This document shows positions 35,989 through 45,113 of a stretch of DNA of 64,000 bases, one piece after another; positions within the stretch are counted from its first letter, which is position 1; each line of letters begins with the position of its first letter. The translations under genes and the position numbers were made by a program. Under the pieces are notes generated by a model. The model saw nothing but the letters and a program-made list of their open reading frames with translations, searched no databases and had not been told where the DNA came from. Origin of the DNA: an uncultured Ruminococcus sp. (lineage in GTDB: Bacteria > Bacillota > Clostridia > Oscillospirales > Ruminococcaceae); NCBI GenBank assembly GCA_902800795.1, contig CADCFQ010000011.1:1154-65153 (forward strand). The letters are read 5' to 3'.

Positions 35989-38250
35989 ATGGATGATGTA
36001 AAAAGCACAAGAGGTGCGGACAAAACGCCGGAAAGACCCTTGAGGGCTTCCGGAAAAAAGAAAAAGAAAAAGAAGCCGACAAGCCTTCCCGTAAAGATAA
36101 TCAAGGGCTTCGGCATATTTATGCTGTCGCTGTTTCTTATTATAGTTATCACCGGCTCTATCTTTGCAACGGTTATGACCATATATGTCCTCAATTTTGC
36201 GGACACGACCACTACCGTCAGCCTTGACAAGACCGAGACCAGCAATATCTCACGTTTTCTTTATGAGAACCCGAACTATGATGAGGAAGACCCCGATTCT
36301 AACGAGTATGAGCTTTATTATGCTATAAGAAATACGAACCGCCATGTTGCCTGGGTGGATATCGAGAATATCCCGCAGACAGTTCAGGACGCTTTCGTTT
36401 ATACAGAGGACGAGCGTTTCTATTCTCATGACGGTGTGGACTTCAAGCGAACATTTGCAGCTTTTGTAAACGTATTTATCCCGATCTACGGAGGACGGCA
36501 GATAGGTGGTTCGACCATTACCCAGCAGACGATCAAGCTTATCACCGGCGATGATTCGAGAGACAGCATCAAGGGTATGGAACGTAAGATACGAGAGATA
36601 TTCAGGTCTATCAACGTCGAGAAGACATATACAAAGGAAGATATCCTGCAAAGCTACCTGAATATCGTTCCGATGAATACTCAGAAGTATGATATCGTGG
36701 GCGTTCAGGCGGCCGCAAATTTCTATTTCGGAAAGGACGTTTCCGAGCTTGACCTTGCAGAGGCGGCTTCGCTTGCCGGAATGACCAATATGCCTGGTCT
36801 TAACAACCCCTATGACAACCCCAAGGGCAATAAGGAAAGACGTATCTACTGTCTTGACCATATGCTCTCAAACGGTGCTATCTCCGAGGATGAGTATAAG
36901 CAGGCCGTTAATGAGGAGATAGTCGTTACAGGTGACATCTCGTTCTCCAGTGCGGCTGTATATGACGATGAGGACAGAGACTTCGGTCCTACATCGTGGT
37001 TTATGGATGCGGCTCTCAATGAGACCGAGCAGAGGATAGCCGAGGCTGTGGGCATAACCACTGAGGAGGCATCAGAGAGGCTTCGTGACGGCGGATTCAC
37101 CGTTTACACGACAGTTGATATCAATATGCAGGAAAAGGTGCAGGATAAGATGCTGGATGCATCGAATTTCACCACCTATTATATGGACCCCGAGGATGAC
37201 ACCCTTTGGTCGGGCTTTATAGCTATGGACTATTATGGTAATGTCAAGGCGGTGGTCGGAAGCAGGAATGAGAAAACAGAGTCACGAATTTACAGCACCG
37301 TTACCGATGCGACACGTTCGCCCGGTTCGTGTATCAAGCCGATAGCTTCCTATGCTCCGGCTCTGGATCAGGACCTTATGACCTGCTCGACCTTGTTCAA
37401 CGACCGTCCTATCGAGATCGAGATAGACGGCTCAAAACAGCAGTGGCCTGTAAACTACTCCGAGTACGGTGACGACGGTAACTGGTCGTATAAGGATATA
37501 ACCACTACCGAGATGCTCCAGCGCTCGCTGAATACGCTGCCGGCACAGCTGATCGATAAGATGACTCCGGCTTACTCCTACAGCTTCCTGAAGGACAAGC
37601 TCGATATTTCGACTCTCGAAGAAGCAGATGCGACTTATGCGCCTGTAACGGTCGGTGGTCTTACAAACGGTACAAAGCTTGAAGAGCTCGTTGGTGCCTA
37701 TATGATCTTCGGCAACGGCGGTAAGAAATATGACGTTTCCTATGTGTCCAAGATCGAGGATATCGACGGCAACGTTATCTATGAGAAGACTGACGGATAT
37801 AAGCAGGCGATCTCCGAATCGACCTCTTATGTAATGAACAGAATGATGCAGCACGTTATCACAGAGCAGGACGGTACTGGACGTTATGCAAAGCTGTCGA
37901 ACACCGACCTTATCGGTAAGACAGGTACATCGTCCGACTGGAACGACCTTACCTTTGTGGGCTGCACACCTGACTATGTATCGGGAGTATGGATAGGCTA
38001 TGAGAACCCTGAAAGGATCCCGACAAACGATTATCAGAACATCGGTGCGATCTGGAAGAACATCTTCGGCGATATAGCTGACAGTGAACCTCACAAGTCG
38101 TTTGACCAGACATTTGAGATGCCCGAATCTGTAGAGAAGCTCAAGTACTGCAAGTCCACAGGACTCCTCGCAGGCGCAGGCTGCTCGAACACAGCAGAGG
38201 GCTACTACAAAAAGTCCAACGAACCCGAGTTCTGCAGCGGATACCACTAA
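35989..38250 (+). CDS. class A penicillin-binding protein (transglycosylase/transpeptidase, PBP1A-type)
   Basis: 753 aa. Lys-rich N-terminus, TM helix, GT51 motifs (EDERFYSHDGVD, GGSTITQQ, RKIRE) and transpeptidase motifs SPGSCIKP (SxxK) and KTGTS. Confidence 0.92.
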   Translation: MDDVKSTRGADKTPERPLRASGKKKKKKKPTSLPVKIIKGFGIFMLSLFLIIVITGSIFATVMTIYVLNFADTTTTVSLDKTETSNISRFLYENPNYDEEDPDSNEYELYYAIRNTNRHVAWVDIENIPQTVQDAFVYTEDERFYSHDGVDFKRTFAAFVNVFIPIYGGRQIGGSTITQQTIKLITGDDSRDSIKGMERKIREIFRSINVEKTYTKEDILQSYLNIVPMNTQKYDIVGVQAAANFYFGKDVSELDLAEAASLAGMTNMPGLNNPYDNPKGNKERRIYCLDHMLSNGAISEDEYKQAVNEEIVVTGDISFSSAAVYDDEDRDFGPTSWFMDAALNETEQRIAEAVGITTEEASERLRDGGFTVYTTVDINMQEKVQDKMLDASNFTTYYMDPEDDTLWSGFIAMDYYGNVKAVVGSRNEKTESRIYSTVTDATRSPGSCIKPIASYAPALDQDLMTCSTLFNDRPIEIEIDGSKQQWPVNYSEYGDDGNWSYKDITTTEMLQRSLNTLPAQLIDKMTPAYSYSFLKDKLDISTLEEADATYAPVTVGGLTNGTKLEELVGAYMIFGNGGKKYDVSYVSKIEDIDGNVIYEKTDGYKQAISESTSYVMNRMMQHVITEQDGTGRYAKLSNTDLIGKTGTSSDWNDLTFVGCTPDYVSGVWIGYENPERIPTNDYQNIGAIWKNIFGDIADSEPHKSFDQTFEMPESVEKLKYCKSTGLLAGAGCSNTAEGYYKKSNEPEFCSGYH

Positions 38251-38258
38251 ACGATATA

Positions 38259-38294
38259 AAAAGGCTGCCGCACATTTTGCCGCAGCCTTTTTTG
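38259..38294 (+). terminator. Rho-independent terminator
   Basis: Hairpin AAGGCTGC(C)G...CGCAGCCTT followed by a T-run. Confidence 0.75.
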
Positions 38295-38306
38295 AAAGGA
38301 TAAGCT

Positions 38307-39422
38307 ATGGATCATCTGAAAATGAGCGTTCCCTGTCATTTCGGGCTGGAAAGCGTTCTGTCCTTCGAGGTCAAAAGACTTGGCGCAGAAAACGTGAAGG
38401 TCTACGACGGCAGAGTAAGCTTTGAGGGAGATTCGCTGACACTTGCTAGGGCGAATATCAATATCGCAACGGGCGAGAGAGTTCTCGTGGACGTGGGCGA
38501 GTTTGAAGCAAGAAGCTTTGAGGAGCTTTTCGAGGGCGTCAGGGCGCTGGAATGGGAGCGGTATATCGCAAAGCTTGATGAATTCCCTGTGGTGGGATAC
38601 AGCTTGAATTCAAAGCTCCACTCTGTGCCGGACTGCCAGAGCATCATTAAGAAAGCTATCGTTACCAGGCTGTCTTCGGTCTATGGGATAAGGCGCTTTG
38701 AGGAAACAGGCCCAAGACACAGGATACGCTTTTCTATCCACAAGGATAAGGTGACAGTCAGCCTTGACTCCTCGGGAGAGGGGCTCCATAAGCGTGGCTA
38801 CCGCCGCAACTCCAATGCCGCCCCGATAAAGGAAACGCTGGCAGCAGGGATAGTTGACTTTGCGAGAGTGAGGGCTGACAGTATCATCTGTGACCCCATG
38901 TGCGGTTCGGGGACGCTGCTTATCGAGTCAGCTTATAAAGCGCACAGGATCGCCCCGGGACTCAGGCGCAGCTTTGAAGCACAGCACTGGAGCCAGATAG
39001 ATGAGACCGTCTGGCAGAAGGCAAGGACCCAGGCTATGGACGAGATAATCAGGGACACTAAATTCAAGGCCTACGGCTTTGATATAGACAGAGACGCCTG
39101 CGCTCTCAGCGCAGCTAATGCGAAGAAGGCAGGCGTGTCCTCGAGGTGTGAGATCACAAGACGTGATATCACCGACCACAGGCCTATCGAGGGAGCGATA
39201 ACCCTTGTCAATCCGCCCTACGGCGAGAGGCTCCTGGAGATAAGACAGGCAGAGGAGCTTTATAAAAAGCTTGGTCAGGTGCTGAGGCCCGACGCCAAGA
39301 ACCCCTGCTATATAATCTCGCCCCACGAGGAGTTCGAGAAATTTTTCGGCAAAAAGGCCGACAAGAAGCGCAAGCTTTATAACGGAATGATAAAGTGCGA
39401 CCTTTATATGTATTTCAGATAA
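38307..39422 (+). CDS. THUMP-domain class I SAM-dependent RNA methyltransferase
   Basis: 371 aa. N-terminal THUMP-like region, DPMCGSGTLLIE (motif I) and LVNPPYGERL (motif IV). Confidence 0.88.
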   Translation: MDHLKMSVPCHFGLESVLSFEVKRLGAENVKVYDGRVSFEGDSLTLARANINIATGERVLVDVGEFEARSFEELFEGVRALEWERYIAKLDEFPVVGYSLNSKLHSVPDCQSIIKKAIVTRLSSVYGIRRFEETGPRHRIRFSIHKDKVTVSLDSSGEGLHKRGYRRNSNAAPIKETLAAGIVDFARVRADSIICDPMCGSGTLLIESAYKAHRIAPGLRRSFEAQHWSQIDETVWQKARTQAMDEIIRDTKFKAYGFDIDRDACALSAANAKKAGVSSRCEITRRDITDHRPIEGAITLVNPPYGERLLEIRQAEELYKKLGQVLRPDAKNPCYIISPHEEFEKFFGKKADKKRKLYNGMIKCDLYMYFR

Positions 39423-39431
39423 GGTGATAGA

Positions 39432-40106
39432 ATGGACATTAAACTGAGAGAGCTGGACGCCGTGGTCTTTGATATGGACGGAGTTATATTCGACTCTGAA
39501 AGGCTCGGCCTTCGCAGCTGGCAGGCTGTTGCCGACCGTCACGGTCTGGGCGATATAAGCGAGACCGCAAAAAAATGTATAGGCAGAAACACCGCCGACA
39601 CTATGAGGATATTTGATGAAGCCTACGGCGACCGTGTGAACGTGGAAGAGCTTTATGAAGAGGCCAAAGTGTTGATGCGGGATATTATCGCTAAGGAGGG
39701 CCTGCCCTTAAAAGAGGGCGCAAGGGAGCTTCTTGGGTTTCTTAAAGAGCAGGGGATAAAGATAGGGCTTGCGTCTTCGACAAAGCAGGCTGTTGTAAAG
39801 GACGAGCTGACAGCGGCAGGACTTATTGGCTATTTCAGCGTTATCGTTGGCGGAGATATGATAGAGCGCTCGAAGCCCGAGCCTGACATTTATCTGCTGG
39901 CCTGTGAAAGGCTTGGGGCAGAGCCCGGAAAATGTGTGTGCATAGAGGACAGCTTCAACGGTGTTATCTCGGCTCACAGGGCAGGGCTGGGGGTCATAAT
40001 GGTACCTGATCTGCTTGAGCCTGACGATGAGATACTTTCCCTTGTGGATGTTTATAAGACAAGCCTTACAGAGATCCTCGAAGGGTTTAAGGGGGATGCG
40101 CTGTGA
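39432..40106 (+). CDS. HAD-superfamily hydrolase (beta-phosphoglucomutase-like subfamily IA)
   Basis: 224 aa. Motif I VVFDMDGVIFDSE, motif II ASST-like, motif III/IV K...EDSFNG. Confidence 0.85.
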   Translation: MDIKLRELDAVVFDMDGVIFDSERLGLRSWQAVADRHGLGDISETAKKCIGRNTADTMRIFDEAYGDRVNVEELYEEAKVLMRDIIAKEGLPLKEGARELLGFLKEQGIKIGLASSTKQAVVKDELTAAGLIGYFSVIVGGDMIERSKPEPDIYLLACERLGAEPGKCVCIEDSFNGVISAHRAGLGVIMVPDLLEPDDEILSLVDVYKTSLTEILEGFKGDAL

Positions 40107-40537
40107 AAAAAGTGGTTATGATCTTTGCGTTTCTCGCCTTTTGCTCTCCCATGGCTATTGCGGTCTATGATGTTCACAGGCTGTTCTCGGGCTTTACCCA
40201 TTCCAGCGATACAGTCAGGGCATTTTCGCTGGTGTTCATCCTGATGATCTCCGCTATCGAGCTTGGACTAGCTGTGATAATGATACTGCAATTCGTTCTC
40301 TACAGCCGCTGTGCAAAGCTTGGAGACCGCCGCAACTGTTTTCTTGTGGTGGCGCTGGGATCACTGTTCGGTATCCTGATATTTTCCATCATCAACCTTT
40401 TCTCCCAGTATTCAAAGGTCGTTATTATCTTTTTCTTTGCCGACCTTTTCCTCTTGTCGGTCACGGCTTTGCTCACCCGTCTGGCTGTTGAGGATGTAAA
40501 GCCCAATATCAGGGACGACGACGAGACCTTGGAATGA
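40103..40537 (+). CDS. hypothetical membrane protein
   Basis: 144 aa with 4 hydrophobic helices. The start overlaps the HAD gene stop. No recognisable family. Confidence 0.55.
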   Translation: MKKVVMIFAFLAFCSPMAIAVYDVHRLFSGFTHSSDTVRAFSLVFILMISAIELGLAVIMILQFVLYSRCAKLGDRRNCFLVVALGSLFGILIFSIINLFSQYSKVVIIFFFADLFLLSVTALLTRLAVEDVKPNIRDDDETLE

Positions 40538-40540
40538 CAC

Positions 40541-40578
40541 AAAAAACACCTTAGCATTCAAGCTAAGGTGTTTTCTTT
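40541..40578. terminator. bidirectional Rho-independent terminator
   Basis: Hairpin AACACCTTAGC-attcaa-GCTAAGGTGTT flanked by an A6 run and a T-run. Confidence 0.85.
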
Positions 40579-40594
40579 ATATCAAAATATGATA

Positions 40595-41551
40595 TTACTT
40601 GCTTCTCTTCTTGCTCACAGCAACGCCTGCGGCTGCAACTGCAAGGATGCCCATAGCTGCTGCTGCACCTGTGCCGGGGTTGGTGGTGGAAGCTGTGCTT
40701 GTAGCCTTGGAGCTGGAGTCAGCCTTTGAGCTGTCAGCGGCGGAGCTTGTGTCTGCTGTGCTCTCGGCCTCGGAAGACTCGTCTGCCTGGCTCTCAGCCT
40801 CGCTCTCGGAAGTGCTCTCGCTCTCGGAAGTGCTCTCGCTCTCGGACTCACTCTCGCTCTCGCTCTCTTCCGGAGCACCGAGAGTGAATGTAGCGTTGTC
40901 ATTAACGCCGATGACCTGATAGCTGCCGACAATAGCAGTAACTACTACGCCGTATTCACCGGGCTCAGTGGGGAACTCGGAGCTGTTATAGCTGCCGCCG
41001 TCATTGCTGACGAACTCAACTGTGTAGTTATTCTCTGCGGGGATCTCCTCGCCGTCGAAAACAACAGTAACCGTCTGCTCGTCGGAGTTTACCTGAACGT
41101 CGCAGTCGTTAAGGTCTGTTCTCCAGTCCTCGATCTGGTCGATGTGCCAAAGATCATCTGCTGCAACATATCTTACTTTGAACAGGTTGCCTTCGCTTGG
41201 CTCAAAGATAGCGCCGTCGCCGTTTATTTGATCTACGCAGCGGAATGCACCGTCTTCATCGATATAGAAGGACAGTACACCGCCCCAGATTGATCCGGGA
41301 CCCTCTGTCCATGGATTATCAGGCTGTTCACTAAAAACTGCTTTATAATAAGCTACATAGGTGTCACTGTCAAATCTCAGCTCCTGATCTGTGCCGTCTG
41401 TTTTGATATTATCTCCGGGAGCAACGAGAACAACGCCGTCTGCGATCTCGGGAGAATCCTTGTCGAAGCTGTCAGCGCTTGCAGAGATAGCAGTGCCGAA
41501 AGCCAGTGTCAGTGCTACAGCAGAAGCTGTCATTATTTTTGTGATCTTCAT
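40595..41551 (-). CDS. secreted cell-surface protein with C-terminal sortase-type sorting signal (NPGTG)
   Basis: Start moved to ATG 41551 (MKITKIMTASAVALTLAFGTAISASA signal peptide, GGAGG RBS). The Ser/Glu/Thr-rich linker is followed by TNPGTG, a hydrophobic stretch and KKRSK. Confidence 0.75.
   Translation of the reverse strand: MKITKIMTASAVALTLAFGTAISASADSFDKDSPEIADGVVLVAPGDNIKTDGTDQELRFDSDTYVAYYKAVFSEQPDNPWTEGPGSIWGGVLSFYIDEDGAFRCVDQINGDGAIFEPSEGNLFKVRYVAADDLWHIDQIEDWRTDLNDCDVQVNSDEQTVTVVFDGEEIPAENNYTVEFVSNDGGSYNSSEFPTEPGEYGVVVTAIVGSYQVIGVNDNATFTLGAPEESESESESESESTSESESTSESEAESQADESSEAESTADTSSAADSSKADSSSKATSTASTTNPGTGAAAAMGILAVAAAGVAVSKKRSK
40801..40854 (-). repeat. in-frame 18-nt tandem repeat inside the surface-protein linker
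   Basis: CGCTCTCGGAAGTGCTCT occurs twice exactly and a third time diverged. It encodes the (E/S/T)-rich low-complexity linker. Confidence 0.7.
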
Positions 41552-41604
41552 AGTATTTTCCTCCGTTTCAGATAAAGCATATAGTCTTATACCTATATGA
41601 AAAT

Positions 41605-41633
41605 ATAATATCACATTCTCATCACATTGTCAA
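41605..41633 (-). promoter_or_regulatory. sigma-A type promoter of the surface-protein gene
   Basis: Minus strand TTGACA (41628-41633), 17-nt spacer, TATTAT (41605-41610). Confidence 0.6.
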
Positions 41634-41787
41634 TGATATTCTGATATATATTCATAATTTCATCAAAAATCGCAAAACTCATAGGTCATATTTGCATAAA
41701 GTCACAAAAACTGTTAAAACTAACAGCAAAGCCCGGGCGTTTGGCTTGCAAAAAACGCCGCAAATAAGAAAAAGAAAGGCGATCGCA

Positions 41788-42495
41788 ATGAAAAGAACAA
41801 TATCAAAAGGCAAGGGCAGAAGGCTTTTAACAGGCAAGGGTCTTTATATCACACTGGCGGCGTGTGCGGCGGCTGTCGGCGGTGCCGGGCTGGCGGCCTA
41901 TGACCAGTCGGCAAAGGAGATAAACAAAAAGCTCGATGTTTCCTTTCCTGATGTCAGCTACACAGAGATAGACGAAAAGCTTGAAGGTGTCCTCAGGGAC
42001 GACAGCCGTGCCGACTCCGAGAGCGTTGCAGACAGGGAGGACTCCTCCTCTGCCGCCGATATGGACGTAAAGACAGCCCCCAACGTTATGCCTGTAAACG
42101 GCGAGATACTAAACCCTTTCTCAAAGGGCGAGCTTGTGAAGAGCGAGACTCTTGACGTCTGGAAGACCCACGACGGTGTTGACATAAAGGCAGAAAAGGG
42201 AACGCTCGTGCGTGCGATGAACAAGGGCCGTGTCATCGAGATAAAGGAGGACGCTCTCTGGGGAAACTGTATCCTTATCGACCACGGAAACGGAGTGATA
42301 GGCCATTATTACAATCTCTCTCCCGAGATGATGGTCCATGAGGGCGACGAGGTCACAGCCGGCCAGACCATAGGCTCAGTAGGCGACACCGCCTCCTGCG
42401 AAGCCGCCGAGCTTTCGCACCTGCATTTTGCCCTTAAAAAGAACGGCGAATGGATAGACCCCATAGCCTATATCGACCCTGCATCAGCAAAGTGA
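41788..42495 (+). CDS. M23-family (LytM-type) metallopeptidase
   Basis: Start moved to ATG 41788 (MKRTISKGKG, TM anchor). The C-terminal part has HDGVDI, GNCILIDHGNG and SHLHFAL zinc-ligand motifs. Confidence 0.88.
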   Translation: MKRTISKGKGRRLLTGKGLYITLAACAAAVGGAGLAAYDQSAKEINKKLDVSFPDVSYTEIDEKLEGVLRDDSRADSESVADREDSSSAADMDVKTAPNVMPVNGEILNPFSKGELVKSETLDVWKTHDGVDIKAEKGTLVRAMNKGRVIEIKEDALWGNCILIDHGNGVIGHYYNLSPEMMVHEGDEVTAGQTIGSVGDTASCEAAELSHLHFALKKNGEWIDPIAYIDPASAK

Positions 42496-42634
42496 AACGC
42501 AGGCGCAGAAAATATAGCTGTTTTAAGGCACTTTTGTCAGGGAACTGACAGAAGTGCCTTTACGTTTCTTTGTGGAGCGCCTGCTCAGTGAATAGTGAAT
42601 AATGAATAGTGAATAATGAATAGTTAAGGTATCG
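42492..42634 (+). repeat. dispersed structured intergenic element, copy 2
   Basis: Same block order as 11190-11327. Outer inverted repeat GCAGGCGC (42499-42506) / GCGCCTGC (42577-42584). Hairpin at 42527-42558 plus a T-rich run. Heptamers TGAATAR x5 at 42589-42623. The 12-mer GTTAAGGTATCG (42623-42634) is the reverse complement of 11327-11338. Confidence 0.85.
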
Positions 42635-42682
42635 TCCTGCGGACGATGATATTTTGGATCATCGCCGAAGCCGATAATTTCT

Positions 42683-43456
42683 TTATTCTTTCACTTTTTC
42701 TCTGTACTGCGAGGGCGTGAGGCCTGTTCTCTGCTTGAAGCGGTGAAGAAAACAGGTGGTGTTGTCATAGCCGCACAGCCTGGCGATCTCGTATACAGGC
42801 AGGGCAGTGCTCCCGAGATAAAACTGTGCCGTCGTTATCCTTGCGCTCAGAAGGTCGTCATAACAGCTAAGGCCGAACTCTTTTTTATAGATCTGCTGAA
42901 AATGTGACGGCGAGATATTGAGTCTTGCCGCCATTTCCTCCACCGAGCTAAACGCCGCAGGAGAAGCGTATATCTCAGCCCTCAGCGCCTCAAGCTCGGC
43001 GGCTCTGCTGTCGGAAAACCTTCTTCTGTTGCCGCTTGGCGCCTCCGAGAGCTTCAGCAGGACCATTCTTATCAGCATGGAGATATATTCATCCCTGTTT
43101 CGTGAATCCGAGACGTTCTCCCGGCTGAGAAGCCGCAGGAGCTCCTCTGCCTGGGTCATATTGTCGGGCACAAGGAGCCTGTCGAACACGATGCCTGCCC
43201 TGTCCTCTTCGCCGTCAATATCAAAGTGAAGATAGTGGTTCTCATAGCTGTCGCACACCGAGCCGTAAAGCTGGGGGGTGTCTTTGTAAAAGATAACTGC
43301 GCTGTCCGCCGCAGCAGTGACCCTGCCGCTTTCAAGCTCCAGAAAAGCATCGGTCTTGAAAATGATAAGCAGACAGTCCCCCGAGCCCTTTGGCCTGTCG
43401 ATGATAAAGTCACCCGAGTGACAGGTGTTAAGCCCCATAGCGTGAAGTCTGAACAT
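42683..43456 (-). CDS. AraC-family transcriptional regulator
   Basis: Start moved to ATG 43456 (AAGGAG RBS). N-terminal cupin-like sensor and a C-terminal double HTH (SVEEMAARLNISPSHFQQIYKKEFG ... VYEIARLCGYDNTTCFLHRFKQRTGLTPSQYR). Confidence 0.9.
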   Translation of the reverse strand: MFRLHAMGLNTCHSGDFIIDRPKGSGDCLLIIFKTDAFLELESGRVTAAADSAVIFYKDTPQLYGSVCDSYENHYLHFDIDGEEDRAGIVFDRLLVPDNMTQAEELLRLLSRENVSDSRNRDEYISMLIRMVLLKLSEAPSGNRRRFSDSRAAELEALRAEIYASPAAFSSVEEMAARLNISPSHFQQIYKKEFGLSCYDDLLSARITTAQFYLGSTALPVYEIARLCGYDNTTCFLHRFKQRTGLTPSQYREKVKE

Positions 43457-43566
43457 AAGTAATTCTCCTTTCATCATAGGATAAGTCACTATAAAAGTAT
43501 TATAAAGCATTGAAAAATCTTTGTCAATATGCTATGCTGTTTTTTAAGAAAGAGAGGTCGTTATTT

Positions 43567-45045
43567 ATGAAAAACATCAGTATGCTCATAAACGCAAATG
43601 ACAAGCTGGGACACATCAACAAGGAGATCTACGGACACTTTTCCGAGCATTTGGGAAGGTGCATCTACGGCGGTATCTTTGTCGGTGAGGACAGCGATAT
43701 CGAAAACGTCCACGGCATCAGAAAGGACGTAATAGACGCATTTAAAAACATCAGGATGCCTGTTCTGCGCTGGCCCGGTGGGTGCTTTGCAGACGAGTAT
43801 CACTGGAAGGACGCTATCGGCAAAAAGGAGGAGCGCAAGAAGCTTGTGAACCTTAGCTGGGGCGGTGTGACCGAGGACAACAGCTTTGGCACACACGAGT
43901 TTTTCGAGCTTTGCGAGCTGGTCGGCTGTGAGCCTTACCTTGCTGCGAATGTCGGTTCGGGAACTGTCAGAGAGCTTGTTGAGTGGATAGAATATGTAAC
44001 CTCGCCTGCCGTATCCCCGATGGCGGACGAAAGACGCAGAAACGGCCGTGAAGAGCCCTGGCATTTAAAGTATCTCGGAATTGGAAACGAGAACTGGGGC
44101 TGCGGCGGAAATATGACGCCCGAATACTATGCCGATCTTTACAAGCAGTATTCCACCTTTTGCAGAGACCACGGCGACAACCACCTTTACAAGATAGCCT
44201 GCGGTCCCAGCGGCAATGATTTCAACTGGACAGACGTTATGATGAGAAAGCTCGTAAATTACGGCACCGGCTGTGCAAGCGGCCTGTCGCTCCACTTCTA
44301 TTCGATCCCCGATTGGAACAACAAGGGCACAGCCTGCGAGTTTTCCGACGAGGATTACTATGAGCTGCTCAACATTACAAATTATACGGACAAGCTCATC
44401 AGCACCCACAGCGGCATAATGGACCGCTATGACCCCGAGTGTAAGATAGGCCTCATCGTTGACGAGTGGGGCACCTGGTATGATGTGGAGGAGGGGACGA
44501 ACCCTGCATTCCTTTACCAGCAGAACACTATGCGTGACGCTATCGTTGCGGCTATCTCCCTTAATACCTTCAACCGCCACTCCAAGCGTGTTAAAATGGC
44601 TAACCTTGCCCAGGCTGTCAATGTTCTCCAGGCGCTTATCCTCACCGAGGGCAGGCGTATGATAAAGACGCCGACCTATCACGTTTTTGACCTGTTCAAG
44701 AACCACCAGGAGGGCGACTGCGTTTACTGTCACAGCGAGAACTTCAATATGGCCGAGGGCAAGAACACACCGGCGCTCACGAGCTCCGCTTCCGTCAAGG
44801 ACGGCGTTCTCACGCTTACCGCTGCCAACTGCTCGATAGAGGATGATATCGAGATAAGCTGCAAGCTTGCAGGCTTTGAGGGCAGGGAGGTCAGCGCACG
44901 GATACTTAACGAAGACCTGCGTGCCTTCAATGATTTTGACACCCCCGACACCGTAAAGATAGCCGAACACTTTGCAAAGCTTGACGGCGACACCCTCACC
45001 TTTACGCTCCCCAAGTGCTCGGTAGCAGAGATAACGGTGAAATGA
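43567..45045 (+). CDS. alpha-L-arabinofuranosidase (GH51)
   Basis: Start moved to ATG 43567 (AGAGAGG RBS). [46 protein letters not shown] (acid/base E) and IVDEWGTW (nucleophile E) are typical of GH51 AbfA. Divergent from the AraC regulator. Confidence 0.9.
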   Translation: MKNISMLINANDKLGHINKEIYGHFSEHLGRCIYGGIFVGEDSDIENVHGIRKDVIDAFKNIRMPVLRWPGGCFADEYHWKDAIGKKEERKKLVNLSWGGVTEDNSFGTHEFFELCELVGCEPYLAANVGSGTVRELVEWIEYVTSPAVSPMADERRRNGREEPWHLKYLGIGNENWGCGGNMTPEYYADLYKQYSTFCRDHGDNHLYKIACGPSGNDFNWTDVMMRKLVNYGTGCASGLSLHFYSIPDWNNKGTACEFSDEDYYELLNITNYTDKLISTHSGIMDRYDPECKIGLIVDEWGTWYDVEEGTNPAFLYQQNTMRDAIVAAISLNTFNRHSKRVKMANLAQAVNVLQALILTEGRRMIKTPTYHVFDLFKNHQEGDCVYCHSENFNMAEGKNTPALTSSASVKDGVLTLTAANCSIEDDIEISCKLAGFEGREVSARILNEDLRAFNDFDTPDTVKIAEHFAKLDGDTLTFTLPKCSVAEITVK

Positions 45046-45070
45046 CCTTTTTTATTTACTTAAACCCCCA

Positions 45071-45113
45071 AGAAAAGAACGGTATGCCAGAAAACATACC
45101 GTTCTTTTTGTTT
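45071..45113. terminator. bidirectional Rho-independent terminator between the GH51 gene and the NRPS gene
   Basis: Hairpin AAGAACGGTATG-ccagaaaa-CATACCGTTCTT with an A-run 5' and a T-run 3'. Confidence 0.85.

Noticed and set aside
40740-40870. Short tandem repeats that could be mistaken for a CRISPR-like or minisatellite array.
   Set aside because: The repeats are in frame within a secreted-protein ORF and encode a Ser/Glu linker. There is no repeat-spacer organisation and no cas genes lie in the window.
41615-41787. c-di-AMP (ydaO) riboswitch upstream of the M23 peptidase gene, since cell-wall hydrolases are frequent targets.
   Set aside because: None of the conserved ydaO sequence blocks or its pseudo-two-fold architecture is visible. 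The region contains only promoter-like hexamers and one simple hairpin.
43457-43566. Direct repeats TATAAAAG and TATAAAG (43490-43507) in the araC-GH51 divergent region, considered as AraC binding half-sites.
   Set aside because: They are too short and AT-rich to tell apart from -10-like elements of the divergent promoters, and there is no second supporting copy.
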